Origin: the human T2T-CHM13v2.0 reference genome, Homo sapiens
Strand: one strand, 5' to 3'
Assembly: GCF_009914755.1 (NCBI RefSeq)
Contig: NC_060925.1
Length of the DNA: 64,000 bases
Part shown: piece after piece, positions 33,222-47,409 of the stretch
Position numbering within the stretch: the stretch's first letter is position 1
Layout of the letters: the number at the start of each line of letters is the position of its first letter
Position numbers and translations under genes: made by a program
Notes under the pieces: generated by a model
Told to the model about the DNA's origin: nothing
The model's input: the letters and a program-made list of their open reading frames with translations, nothing else
Database searches by the model: none

Positions 33222-35049
33222 TATTTCCCCTTCAACTTACATTTTAAATGTGTCCAAGCAAAGAGAAGGGTGAATGGTATTTGGTAGTGTTTCTAATTTC
33301 ACCCTGTTTATAATATAGGATGCTATCTTTTATTTCAGTCCATAATATTTCTATTGCAATTGATGTAATTTAATCACACTGATGCCTTATGCTGTGCATA
33401 TACCAGGCTTGTTTTCTCCGAAGATTCAAAGAAATCTGCAGACATTAATCACAGTCCTCATGGTGGAAGATGGAAAGGGCAGCCAAATCTAAGCTCTGGC
33501 ATGAAACGATTTTGATAGGTGGAAAGAAGAGAAGCCTTTCACCCTCTCCAATTCTACTAGAATGCCCTCAGCACAATTTTCTCTTCCTCTCTGATCCTAG
33601 TAAGTTCAAAGCCTACCTCTTCCATGAATCTTCCTTGATAACCCTGGTCCACCTTAATCTTTTTCCTTTTTTAAATTCCCACAGCCCATATCTCTAGTTC
33701 TCAAGGTAGCACTCAAATCCTACTGCCCGGCATTGCCCCCAATTATTAGCTGGATCTTTTCCTCTAAACAATGAGGTCTTGTATTTCTGATTCCTGCTCA
33801 ATTCAATGATGGCTTTACAGAGTGCAGTCCATAAATGCTGTTGATAAAGTGATTAGTGCAAGAATCCAAGAATTCGATTGTTTAGGAGCCAATTATGCTG
33901 GCAGTAGGGAGGTTTGGGGTTATCGTGGGGATATGTCATCATTCTTGTTATCTATTTTCAAAGACCTTAAGGAAACACACTGAGTACTCCTGAGAGCATC
34001 TAATCTCTCAGAATCCTTGTTTATCTGTGCTTATTATTAGATTAGACCAAAGGCAAGATAAGGACCTTTTCCTGGGATCTAAGGCTCTTTATGTGACAAA
34101 GAACTGCCCCAAAGGGATGGTGAGGAGAGAAGGCAGGGCATGAAGTGGTGCTGGAGACATATCTATATTTTTCATTTCTCCTGCCCTGCCCCCCTCCCAA
34201 CCACCACATTGTTGTTTGATTGCTACTTTGTTCTTTGATTTCCCCTTACAGTCCCCTACACTTGTATCTTAAAGGACTGCTTTGAAGATGAGGATTTGGA
34301 AACGTGTGTTTAGCAACTTGTAAACGCCTCCTCCAAGGTTTTGCGAAGTCAACAGGAGGCATTTTGATTATAGCTATTTGTTCTCAACACATTGCGAGTT
34401 TGCAGATTAGAGATCAGATCCTGCCTCTTCTTGCCAATCAGGATAAACCCGTGCAGCAAGGCTCCCCATGGGGCACCCAATGGAGCTCTCCATGGAACGG
34501 GCCTGGCTAGTAAGGCCTGAATCAGGGGAGAGGGTGGGGAACACAGCCCTGAGCTCTGCTGGCTTTGGAGCGAGCTGCCTCCTCTGCAGAGAACTGATGC
34601 AGCCTTGGCTGTGCGGAGGAGCCAACATGCGGTCTCCAAGAACGCGATGCTGACTAAAGCACAGGGCTGTTTCAGCGCGAACAGCTGGCTGATTTATTTC
34701 AGAGGCACCGTTTCCAGGGGAATGGGAAATTGTTTAGTCTGAGATCCTTGGCTGGTTTCCTTTTACATCATTTCTGTGTCTTTCAATTATTTGCACATTT
34801 GGGGAGTTCTAGGGCCGTCCTAGAGCATATAGGTGTGTACTTTTAATAAAATGCAATTTATGAAAGTCCAAGTTTATAAAATTGGTAAGTTATGAGGATG
34901 GATTATTTTTACCACAAAAGGATTTTGTGATGAAATTTAGGATCCGTTTTATTAGTCAATAATGTTCCTGGTGTATATAGCATTATATTTATGGATTTCT
35001 TTTATCTGACTTCAGAAGTAATCCCTGCTCCTAGCTACGTACACAATGG

Positions 35050-35260
35050 AGGTTAAAGCCACATGTGTTGACTTCAGACAAAACCTAGGTTTGAGACCAG
35101 GTTCTGCCACTTAGTTGTTAATGTGTTTGAATAGTTGCTTACCTTCTCAAAAATACAAGTTAAAATTTTTGCAAGGATTAGATAACATACCTCAGGCACT
35201 TAGCATATAGTAAGAGCTCAACACATTAAGAAGAAATTCTTATTTTTCTTATTATTAGAG
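35050..35260 (+). mobile_element. MIR
   Basis: aggtttgagaccaggttctgccactt...cacttagcatatagtaagagctca. Confidence 0.65.
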
Positions 35261-35408
35261 TATTTATATGTAAAGGTTGGTTTACCCACATTTGATGTCA
35301 ATGCCGCTTTCCTTGTTTGTTTACATGTGAGATCTACCTTTAATGCTGTGACCCGCCTCCTTCAATCATTCTACCCTTTGCCTCTCCTGCCTAGCAGTTT
35401 TGGTTCTA

Positions 35409-35813
<405 letters not shown>

Positions 35814-35877
35814 CTACTCCCAGATCACACTGGCTCTAGATAGAGATTCTGAAACTAAATGAGGTTTCTCTCTAAAA

Positions 35878-36060
35878 TAATGTTTCTTAAATTGAAGTTC
35901 ATGGACCACTCTATCACTTTGTTAAAATGCAGATTCCTAAGGTCCTGCCCAGGGCTTTTGAAGCAGAATCTTTCTTTGGTTGGGCCGGGGCAGGGTTGGG
36001 GGTGGGAGGGTGGTGGGATAGGAATATACATTGTAATAAGCACCTAGGTTACTCCTTGTG
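35878..36060. mobile_element. MER5A-like hAT-Charlie MITE
   Basis: tgttaaaatgcagattcct...gcagaatct...aataagcacctagg. Confidence 0.7.
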
Positions 36061-36102
36061 TGTTTGTTTACATGTGAGATCTACCGTTAATGCTTTAATT
36101 TC

Positions 36103-36270
36103 CAGTGTAGTTTCCAAGCTTGCCCAACTATAGAGTGGCATGAAGGGTGCTTAGTAAAGATAGAAGTTCCTGGGCCTATCCCAGAATATCCAGTGGTGGG
36201 GCCTGAGGATGTGTACTTTTAAGAAGCACCCTCAGATGCCTCTAAGAAATGAGTCAGGGAAATGCTGCCC
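36103..36270. mobile_element. MER5-like MITE
   Basis: ttcctgggcctatcccaga...ggggcctgagg...ttttaagaagcaccctcag. Confidence 0.6.
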
Positions 36271-37228
36271 TAGAGTGACTGGCCAGTGATGTGCTCAGTG
36301 TTGTTGTTGGTCACAGTAATGGGGTAGGGGTAGGGGTTAGGGAGGGGCTTGGAGGTATCATTGATCCAGAGAGTGACCTGGGTTGAGTTGAGCCTCCCTT
36401 GTGAGGGCTCACCTTTGGCTTTCTAATGTCTCCTTCAGGTATGATGGTCTGTGTCCCGCCATTCCCACAGTGTTTGAGGTAGGAATGCCAATCTGAAGAG
36501 AGGAGGCAAGCCCGAGAGCAAATAGCGAAGCTTGTGGGCAGAGACCAGCAATCCCAGATGAGCTGTCATGGGACCCTGGATAAATGGGAAGAATAACTGC
36601 TTATATAACAGCCAGCCCTGGCCCTCTGTCATATCATGGTTGCAATTCCTGCCTATGGTTTTTTCCTAAATTGCCTCCTTTCCTTAAGACAGTCTGGGTA
36701 GGTTTGTAACTCAAATGACTTTACCTAAAACTATGTCCTACCACCAGGAGCTGGCCTTTGGTGACCTGTGACTGAACTGCACCTCACATACCCCCCTTCT
36801 GTGCCTCTGCAGCTAGATTCATTCTCTCAGAGCTCATGCTGCATCCCAGCTTCCCCTCGGCAGCACCTGCCAGTGATGACAAGCCATCCTGCCTTATGCC
36901 CAAGTTTTGATCTGTGGCAAGCAGAACAGTAATGCTTCAACCTCATGTTTCATTGACAGACATGGCTACCAGCTTGACAAACATAATACTTTTAGAGATG
37001 CTCTCTTGAGACATTCATCCTTTTCCCATGATGGTCTTCTTCCAGCAAAGCTGGACAATGCTCCTCTTACGCTGCCCACCCAGTGATGAGAAAGCAGCCT
37101 ACAACCAGACAGCAAAGTGTGTCTCTCTGTCTTTGTGTGGTGCCTGCCTCTGCTGTTTGCCCCCATCTACAATTGCACCTGACCTACCCCTCAAGACAAC
37201 ACTGCTTTTTTTCTTTTCTTTCTTGTAG

Positions 37229-37315
37229 GCATTAGCTGTCATCCAAAGGGTGCTATAAGAGTGTGTTTTATCACATTTCAGCCAGCAAACATTTGATGAT
37301 GCCAGCCTCCTCCAG
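37229..37315 (+). other. Candidate 87-nt non-coding exon
   Basis: Long polypyrimidine tract ending ttcttgtag acceptor; CAG|GTGAGA donor; stops in all three frames. Confidence 0.3.
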
Positions 37316-38171
37316 GTGAGATATTGCAGTAGACTCGGGGGCATTCAAAGATAAACAAAGTCCAACAAAGAAAGTAATTCAAATGAAGAATGCTGTGGCA
37401 TTCCAATGGGTGGCATATCCAAGGACCAGCCGTGTTATAAAAAATACGAGTCAGGATATTAAGTAGAGAAAAAATGTCGGAACTTTTGGTCACAATATAT
37501 GTGTGTGTTTCTATATTTGTATCTACAGCATACTGAAATCTTATTAGGAAAGTGCATCAGTCATGTGCATTGTATCAAGTACTGTGTTGCCAGCTGACCT
37601 AAACCAACTTGATCATTTACAACTGTTGGGTTCTTTTAGTGAATAATGGTGATTTCCAATGACTAAGGGAAGGGGAAGGTTTTAGGTCTCCTTACTGACA
37701 AACTCACTACCAGGAAGTAAATTACAAGGAAAGCAAATCTCAGACCAAATCCTGCAACAAACTCACACACAGGCACACATTTATTAGCACATAAACACAA
37801 AAAGAGTAATACAATATGCTCTTATTGGCTCCCTCCCTTGGACCCTCTGCCAGATACCTTTCATACCATTTCCCTTTGGCAGATACAGCAGTATTCTCTA
37901 GGGAGGATCAGCTAGACATCAAATCAGAATCAGACAATAAATCCTCTGATAAGAGATGGGACACAGGACCAAATGGAACTTCTAGACTAAGTTGAGTCTA
38001 TCTGGGGAAATTCAAAAAGCTAATATTAACTCATTTCCTGCTTTTTGGATTTTTTATTTAATAGGGCCCTATCCTAGAGGGTAGTGAGTATAGATAGCCC
38101 TTTTGCCCTAAATGCAGGGAAGGACAGAGATCTAATATTAGAAAATGCTGGAGAAAGAAGTATAGGTTTTT

Positions 38172-39406
<1,235 letters not shown>

Positions 39407-39489
39407 AAAGAAGTATAAGTTTTTTAAAATGCTTGCTCTCTATAAAGGCAATGCTGGTAGAGTATGTGAAGGGCTTTGATAGGGTGGGC

Positions 39490-40320
39490 CATAGAGTCAC
39501 AAGAATGCATGAGAGGGGCATTTAGAGCTGACTGGGAAGTTCCAGGAAGGCTTCCTGGAGGAAGGAGTTAGCTAAGTGGATAAGGAGGTTTGGGAGGCAG
39601 AGAAAGTAGCACAACAGAGGGCTGCAGGCCTGATGGAGGTTATGTCATATTTCTGCAAGCAATTTGGTATGACTAGAATATAGTCTGTGGTAGGAAGGGA
39701 GCTTAGTAAAATGTGAGGTTGAACTGCTAAACTTGGCTCAGCTCATAAATCTTAAAGGTGGTAGAAAGTCACAGGATTTTTGAGTGGGAGAATATGAGTA
39801 TCAAATATTCACTGTGCAGAGGTCAGTCTGCCATTGTGAGAACTAACTTAAACGCAGTTTTATAGCAGGCAGGGAGGCCAGTTAAAATGAGCTTTCAGGA
39901 ACCAAGAAAGAGATTATGAGGCTCTGATCTGCTATAATGGCAAGTGAGGGTAAAGAGAAAGGGAAACGTTGCAGACATAATGGGTAGACTCGATTTAGCA
40001 ACAGATTGAATGTGGCTGTGAGAATGACCCCGTGTTTTTAGTCAATGATGGTGACATTCCTCAAGACAAAGAATATAAGGGGAAAAGCTGATTTCTGGGG
40101 TGAGACGGGAGGATGAGGTAAAAATATTAATGTCTGCAAGACATCCAAACATATGAGGGTTGGGATCTCAGGCAACAAACAGAGGCTGGAGATGGGAACT
40201 GAGGTTCAGTTCCACAGAGAAGGTGGCTCATATTATGGGAGTGAATGAAGATCATAGAGAAAGTACACAAGGTACACAGAGAAAAGGAATAAGTCTAACT
40301 TCTTAAAGATCATTATCATT
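39490..40320 (-). mobile_element. L2 fragment
   Basis: caggaaggcttcctggaggaagg and other antisense L2 motifs. Confidence 0.6.
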
Positions 40321-40749
40321 TAACATTCAGTTCCTTTTGTGTATTATTTTCTGTTTCCCAAGCTGGTTTGCATCAGAATAGTCATTCTCTGTTTCAGGAT
40401 TTTAATGCCAACTGCAGATAACTCTGTCTTTCTGTTTGTTTACAATTGTTGAAAGCCCTGACTTTGAAAATAGTGTCTTCAACAACTGTGTTCAACCACT
40501 TTGGAGATGTGGTTGGAGCATCATGTTTCTCTTGTTAAAGCACTTGTCTGTGCTATGCCTCTTGTTAACTGGCACATGGCATCTCCCTCTCTAGCTTGCC
40601 CTGTGGTAGAGGAGGGGGCAGGAATGTTTTATGGCTTCCAAACCTAGAGGAGAGAACAATGTCCAAATTTTGTGCTGCCAGGATCTCCATCTCCTCAGAA
40701 GTCCTCAACTCTCCCTTCTTTCTGAATTACTTGGTGAGGCATCTCCTGG

Positions 40750-41088
40750 GCTGTAAAAAGAATTTCTTAAAGTTTTGATGTCACAAAACATAAACTGATG
40801 ACATTTTATGCACAGACTTATAAAATATTTCTCTAAAAACTATTTTGTTAGGACAACAAAAACCCCCAAAGTAATATATGATAAAAACAAAGCAAAATCA
40901 TTTGATCTTGAAAGGTAAGGAAATAAAATTTCTTTAGTATTTTTCATGATTATGATAAAATGATTATTTATTGTAAGACTTGAAAGTAGTTTTCCATGTA
41001 CTCACAGCACACCTGCAGGTTATTCACAGAACACCGGTATTCTGTGGCACACAATATGAGAAACACTGTCGTGGGGATTTCATTGTGA
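40750..41088. mobile_element. hAT-Charlie MITE fragment
   Basis: Ends gtggcacacaatatgagaaacactg, a Charlie-type TIR. Confidence 0.5.
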
Positions 41089-41569
41089 TGGTCCACAGTT
41101 CCGTGCTCACCATGTGGGGTGCCATTATCTTTGAATCCGAAAGGCAATTAGAGAAAAGAAGAGGGATAGCCCAGAGAACTGGCTAGTTCTGTCCTTTAGT
41201 CTCTACTATTCTTGTTAGTGATGTTGGAGAGAGCAGGGCTCTAGGGGGCCATGGAAAGACCCTGCAGAGTAGAAGGCAATGCTTGCTGATTCTGGGAAGC
41301 AGCTGCAGCAGTGAGAGGCATAGGAGCAGTCATTAGACAAAAGGCCGCCCAAAGAGCAGAGCGGCCAAGCCACTGATGGCAATCGGCTTAGTTAGCAACA
41401 AGCCAGCCCCACCACATCATAGGAGAGGGCTGGAAAAGGCTGGCGAGGATGCCCTGGCCTTACCTTATTTCCTGCGTTGTGTTTTTTTTTTCTCTCTCTC
41501 TCTGAATATGTATGCATAATAGATTGTTAAAGGATTTTTTTTCTAAAAAAAAAAAAGGTAAAATCAGGA

Positions 41570-41665
41570 CTGTCATACAAATAGAAAATGAACGTCTGTC
41601 AAATATTGTGTTTCTTTATTTAATAAATTAGGGAACAAGTAAGATGTTACAACCAGTTTAAAGAA
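41570..41665 (-). mobile_element. LTR37-like 3' end fragment
   Basis: Reverse strand aataaagaaacacaatatttgacag...tttgtatgaca. Confidence 0.4.
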
Positions 41666-41667
41666 CC

Positions 41668-41927
41668 TATTGCCCAGGCTGGGGTGCAGTCGCACAATCA
41701 CAGATCACTGCAGCCTTGAACTCCTGGGCTCAAGCAATTCTCTTACCTCCCAAGTAGCTAGGACTATGGGTGCATGCCACCACTCTTAGCTAACTTAAAA
41801 AAATTTCTTTAGAGACAGGGTCTTGCTATGCTGCCCAGGATGGTCTGGAACTGCTGGCCTCAAGCGATCCTCCTCCTTGGGCCTCCCAAAGCACTGGGAT
41901 TACAGGCATGAGCCACTGAGCCCAGCC
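41668..41927 (-). mobile_element. AluJ (tail lost)
   Basis: Antisense Alu lacking poly-T. Confidence 0.88.
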
Positions 41928-42489
41928 CTAATTTTTTAATCAGTGTGTATTATATCTATTTTGTGAATAATGAAGAATAGAATAATGTTTATAAATACCC
42001 AGTATAGTGCTTAGCACAGAGCAAGCATTCAATAGTGATAGTATATTTTTACTATTAAAATTGATCATTTTAATAATGCCGAAACTTCTGTTTATGTAAC
42101 CAACTGTTGCCATTTTCATTACAAGTATAATCAGCTAAAATTCCTTTTGGAATTTTGGATATAAAGTTTTAAATTATGAATAGATAAATAAATAGATGCC
42201 AAATATTGAGTCTGGCAAAATGGTGCTTATTATGTCTGTGCTTGTTCCAAAACTATTGAGTAGGCCTATGTTTTGCTTTGCTTTTTTTCTTTCCTAAATA
42301 CTAGACATAAGTGCATCCCTGTCCCTAGACATGGAAAAGGGTTGTCAATGCTCCCTAGGAATAAAACACATGGCACAGAAACTTTTATCAATAACTACTT
42401 ATGAAACAGATGATTCAACATCATGAGTCATTGACTGTCCTTTCTATGAATCCATTGATTCATAGAATGGTAAGATAGGACACTTCAGG

Positions 42490-42625
42490 AAAACAAATCC
42501 ATTCATTCCTTTACTTTTGAGATAGGAAACTATTATTCAGAGAAGTTAAGTACATTGTCGAATGCCACATAGCCATCAGCAGAGCTGGAGCCAGAAGCCA
42601 AATCTGCTGATTCCTAAGTTAGTTT
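42490..42625 (-). mobile_element. MIR
   Basis: ttttgagataggaaact...cagagaagttaagt...gcagagctggagccagaagcc. Confidence 0.65.
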
Positions 42626-43898
42626 TCTCTGAATTCCCCTATATTATCTCTTCATCTCTTTGGCCATAGCTAAAAAACAGAAGAGTAGCCTTCCTCTGTA
42701 TATACTGAGTTGAGAAATCAAGCCCCATAGAAATGGCATGCAAGCTTCCCTGCAGTACTCAGGACAAAATGGACATGCCAGAAAAGGAGGTTCCACTTGA
42801 GCAGAGCTGAGCAACCACAGCCCAATGTGGAATGAACGACCTCCTCGTCTGCTGCACCTCATGATTTATTAGCTGCTACTGGTGGCCATGAAATATTCAT
42901 CCACTCTTTCCTAGAGTTACTGCTTCACTGCATCAACAAACCATTGCTTTCCCATCTGTTTAGGTGTGCAGCTTGGAGAAGAAAAGCTTCACACAAAATG
43001 GAAAAGAGGCTTATTTTCATGTTTAGCCCAGAGGCAGAACACCAATTCACATCTTGGTTCATTGTCGTTTTCCCAGAGGCACAGTCAGGGCTGACTCCCT
43101 AGGCTCCTGAACACAGAGAAGCCCTGTCACTCATGTAAGCAAAGGTTGAATAGCTAGAAAGAAGAGTGAAAGACTTCATGTGGTTGGCTGGCTGGTTGTA
43201 ACACTCCCAGCTCTAGCCTCAGCTTATTTTGCTCTGTAAGCAGTAAAGCGGGGCACAAAGAGCCAGGGCTTGCCTGACATGGAGGCTCCTTGTTGCCAAG
43301 GCCTAGTGTCAAGCAACGAACCTGAGTTGCTCCATGCAGCCTCTCCTTTGGGATTAGAAGCACTGCTTATAGGAGCAGAAGGAGTTAACTCTGCCCCACT
43401 TCCCTACTCCCTCTTCTTTTTAGGCTTCATCATAGACTTTTCTTCTGCATACCCCTTAGCTGTGGTTGCTACCCTTCAGCCCTCTTCTCACTCGCTGCAT
43501 ATATTCCCCATAGATGTTTGTATTCATGATCATGCATTCTCCCTCCACCAATAGTCATTTGTAAATCTCTCTTTCTCCAGCTTCAGATCTATAGGTTCAA
43601 CTACACCATCTGTCTATACCAGGATAGCCAATTGCCCTTCAACCTCCATAGGTCCCAAACTGAATTTATTATTACTACCCTATGATCCCTTCCCATCCTC
43701 CATTCACATCTATAAATCTTTCAGAAAAGATTTTAAAAAGGAAGCTTTCTTATTATAAATTCATATGTTGACATTGCAGCTTTGAAACCAGTTTCTTTTA
43801 AAGGTAGTTAATTAGAAACATATATAAATATTTCAGAAAAGAAGCTCCATCATATTATCAAAACTGGTTGGGAGTCATCCTTGATTCTCTCCTCTTTC

Positions 43899-44080
43899 TA
43901 TTTATTTTTTTATTTTTATTTATTTATTTTTTTAGAGACAGGGTCTCACTCTGTCACCCAGGCTGGAGTGCAGTGGTGAAATCATAGCTCACTGCAGCTT
44001 CGAACTCCTGGGCTCAAGCCAGTCTCCCTCCCCAGCTTCCCAAAATGCTGGGATTCCAGGCATGAGCACTTTTCCTGGCC
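43899..44080 (-). mobile_element. Alu monomer (FRAM-like)
   Basis: Single monomer; TSD ctctcctctttct. Confidence 0.85.
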
Positions 44081-44102
44081 CCTCTCCTCTTTCTTATCTC
44101 CA

Positions 44103-44612
44103 TGTTTCAGTTATCTATTTACTGCTTATTATTGAGGCAAAACTTAGCGACTTAAAAAACAACAACCACCGTTTATTTTGTTCATGAATGTGTCATTTGG
44201 ACAACCTCATTTTTACTCCACATGATGTCAGTTGGGATATCTTGACCGAGGACCCATTTTCAAGACAGCTCACTCACATAGCTGGCAAGATGGTGCTGGT
44301 TGTCAGTGGGGAGTTCACCCAGGGTATTTGGCCAGGGGATCTCAGCTCCTCTTCACTGGGGCCTCTTCATGGGGCTCTTTGGGCTTTCTCACGGCATGGT
44401 GGCTGGGTTCCAAGAATAAGTGTTTCAAGAGACAGAAAGTGGAATATATAGGTCTCTTAAGGCCTGGGTCTGAAAACTGGCACAGCATTACTTCTGCTGT
44501 ATTCTATTGGCCATGTAGTCACAGAGCCCATTCAGACTCAAAGAGGAATAATACAGACCCCAGCTCTTGAGGGGAAGTGTCAAATAATTTAAGGCTATCT
44601 TGAATCCACCAC
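44103..44612 (-). mobile_element. MaLR LTR (MLT1F-like)
   Basis: tgtttcagttatctat...aaaacttagcgacttaaa...cactcacatagctggcaag...tccaccaca. Confidence 0.75.
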
Positions 44613-44619
44613 ATTCTAC

Positions 44620-44966
44620 ATCCAATTAAACTCTTGCAATCCTCTCCCTGTATCCACGCCTTTTCACATTCTGTTCCTTTGGTCTTGAATGCCTTTCTCC
44701 ACCTTGTCCTCTTCTCTGCTCTTTCTCCAAGATTGTGCTCAAGAGTTGACTCCCCAAACCTTTCTCAATCCCTCCTCCAGAAGAACACCCTATGTTAGCA
44801 TTTATTATTTTGTGTTGCGATTGTTTGTATATCTTTCCTATAAGACTGACTGAATTATTCATGACACAGTCATGAAAGACTATGTCTTATTCATTTTTGT
44901 ATCCCCAGAACCATGGAGATGGGCAGAGTAAAGGACCTCAGCAAACATTTACTGAATGGATAAATG
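44620..44966 (+). mobile_element. L2 3' end
   Basis: tgtcttattcatttttgtatccccag...aaacatttactgaatggataaatg. Confidence 0.7.
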
Positions 44967-45946
44967 TTTCCTTGTTTCAATCTCTCAATAGTCCTGTGAG
45001 GTGGCAGAAATGGAGTGTTATTCCTATCTTACTGCACTGACCTCCTTATTGTAGATAAAAAGAAACAGACAGAGCAAAAAGTAATTGCATTACCCAAAGT
45101 CACTCAGCCAGGAAGATAATTCAGTATAGTCAATAGGAATTCAGTTCCCCAAAGTAAGTTGAACATCATAGATTTAGGCACAAAGTTAGGAAGGCTTAAG
45201 AAAAAGCCCAACCATGAATGGACTTAGTTGTTTAGCAGAAAATGCCTTCGAGGTTACCCTACTAGTCTATGTATACTGGTGCCTACTCAGGGGGCGCAAT
45301 TGATTTTCTGTACACTGCTAGGAAACTAAAAACACCAGAAAAGATAGAAGATGGTCTGATAGAATCTGTTAAAGAAGAGAATGGGCATGGTACAGTGCTT
45401 TGTGCAAATAGGAAATGTGGATCTAATGTAGAGTCACAAAATGACAGTGGGAGAGTGTGAGTTCACAGTAATTCTCAAATGACTCTTCAGGGCAGAGAAA
45501 GGCAGCTATTCTCAGAATGAGAGGCTGTTTCTAGGGGCCCAAGTGTTTGGGTCAATTGGATAATTCACTGGAGTTAAAACCTTAGCTGCAATAAAACACC
45601 CCTCAAGGACAGCTGACATCCTGTGCTCTGATTTCATACTTAACAAGCCCCTTCTGTGCACTAGTTTGGTTTCTTACATATTTTTTATTACAAAAATATT
45701 CCCTTGGTAGTGGACATGGGCATTCCAGTCAATAGAAAGAAACTTTCTTATTATAAATTAATAATATGTTGACATGCTTTGAATGTTTCTTTTAAATTTA
45801 GTTAATTAGAAAATTAACTAAATTTGAAACCAGTTTCTTTTAAATTTAGTTAATTAGAAAAATTCTCCTGCACACAGATGAATAGATTTTTTATTTGAGT
45901 TTTTTGATTACTTTAGTTTTTTAAAAATTACACAAATACTTAATAC

Positions 45947-46365
45947 TGTATTAGTCCATTCTCACATTGCCATAAAGAAATACCTGAGATTGGGTAATTT
46001 ATAAAGAAAGAAAGTTTGATTGGCTTATGTTTCTGCAGACTGTACAGGAATCACGATTCTGGCATCTGCTCAGCTTCTGGGGAGGCCTCAGGAAACTTAC
46101 AATCATGGCAAAAGGTGAAGTCAGAGCAGATAATGTCTTACATGGCAGGAGCAGGAGCAAGAGAGAGGGAGGTGCTACAGACTTTTAAACAACCAGATCT
46201 CATGAGAACTCACTATTGCAAGAATAGCACCAAGTGGATGATGCCAAATCATTCAAGAAGGTTCCGCCCCCATGATTCAATCCCTCCCACCAGGCCCCAC
46301 CTCCAACATTGGGGATTACAATTTGACATGAGATTTGGGTGGGGACACAGATCCAAACTATATCA
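45947..46365 (-). mobile_element. MaLR LTR MSTA/B
   Basis: tgtattagtccattctcacattgccataaagaaatacctgag...gggacacagatccaaactatatca. Confidence 0.92.
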
Positions 46366-46702
46366 CATATATACTTTCTTATTGTAAGAGATCCAAACAA
46401 TTAAAGTATACTTGAAAAGCCCTTTCAACATCAAGCCCCGTCCTCTCAGCCTCTGAGATAATCAGTTATAAGTTCAATATGCAGCCTTCAGTCCCTTTTC
46501 TATACACTTATTTATAGAGATGTGTGTATATTTATAAATGTCCCTTTTAATTTTATACAAAATTGATCGTACTATACATTTTCCTTTTTCATATAATTCC
46601 ATCCCATGAAGATCCTTCCACATTAATTTTTCTACATTCTACAAGAAACAAGAAAGCTCTGCCTTCTTGTTTCTTATGGCTGCATCTTTTAAAAAAATAG
46701 GA

Positions 46703-46742
46703 TGTATTATTCATGATTCTTCAGAGACACAGGAAAGATAGG

Positions 46743-46785
<43 letters not shown>

Positions 46786-47232
46786 TTTACTATAAGGAAA
46801 TGACTTAGCAGTTATGGAGACTGGCAAGTCCCAAGAGCCGCAGAGTGAGTTGCAAGCTAGAAACTCAATGGTAGGAGAGCCAGTGGGTGCAGTTCCAGTG
46901 TGAAGGACAGCAGACTTGGAACCAGGAAGAGCCAATGTTTCCATTTGAGTTTGAAGGCAGGAAGAGAGCTTATGTCCCAGTTTGAAGGCTATCATGCAGA
47001 AAAAAATTCTCTCTTACTCAGGAAAGGGTCAGACGCTTTGCTCTATTCAGACCTTCAACTAATTGAATGAGGCCCACTGACATTATGGAAAACAATTGGT
47101 TTTACTCATTCTACCTGTGTAATTTTAATCTCATCAAGTAATAGCCTCACAGAAACACTCAGAATAATATTTGACGAAATATCTGGACACCCTTTGACCT
47201 ATTCATGTTGATACATAAAATCAACCCTCACA
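46703..47232 (-). mobile_element. ERVL LTR MLT2 with internal (TA)n(GA)n
   Basis: tcttcagagacacag...ttatggagactggcaagtcccaag...cataaaatcaaccctcaca. Confidence 0.85.
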
Positions 47233-47409
47233 CAAGGTTATGTAATTATTCCACTTTTAATGAATAGCTTTTTTATTTCTTTTCTTTTTTCTTTCTTTTT
47301 ATTTTCTTTTCTATTAGGAACACTACTGCAATAAAAAATATTTGGACACACGTTTTGGGTACGTGTGTCTATTTCTGTAGAATATATTCCTACAGCTGGA
47401 ATTGCTGGG

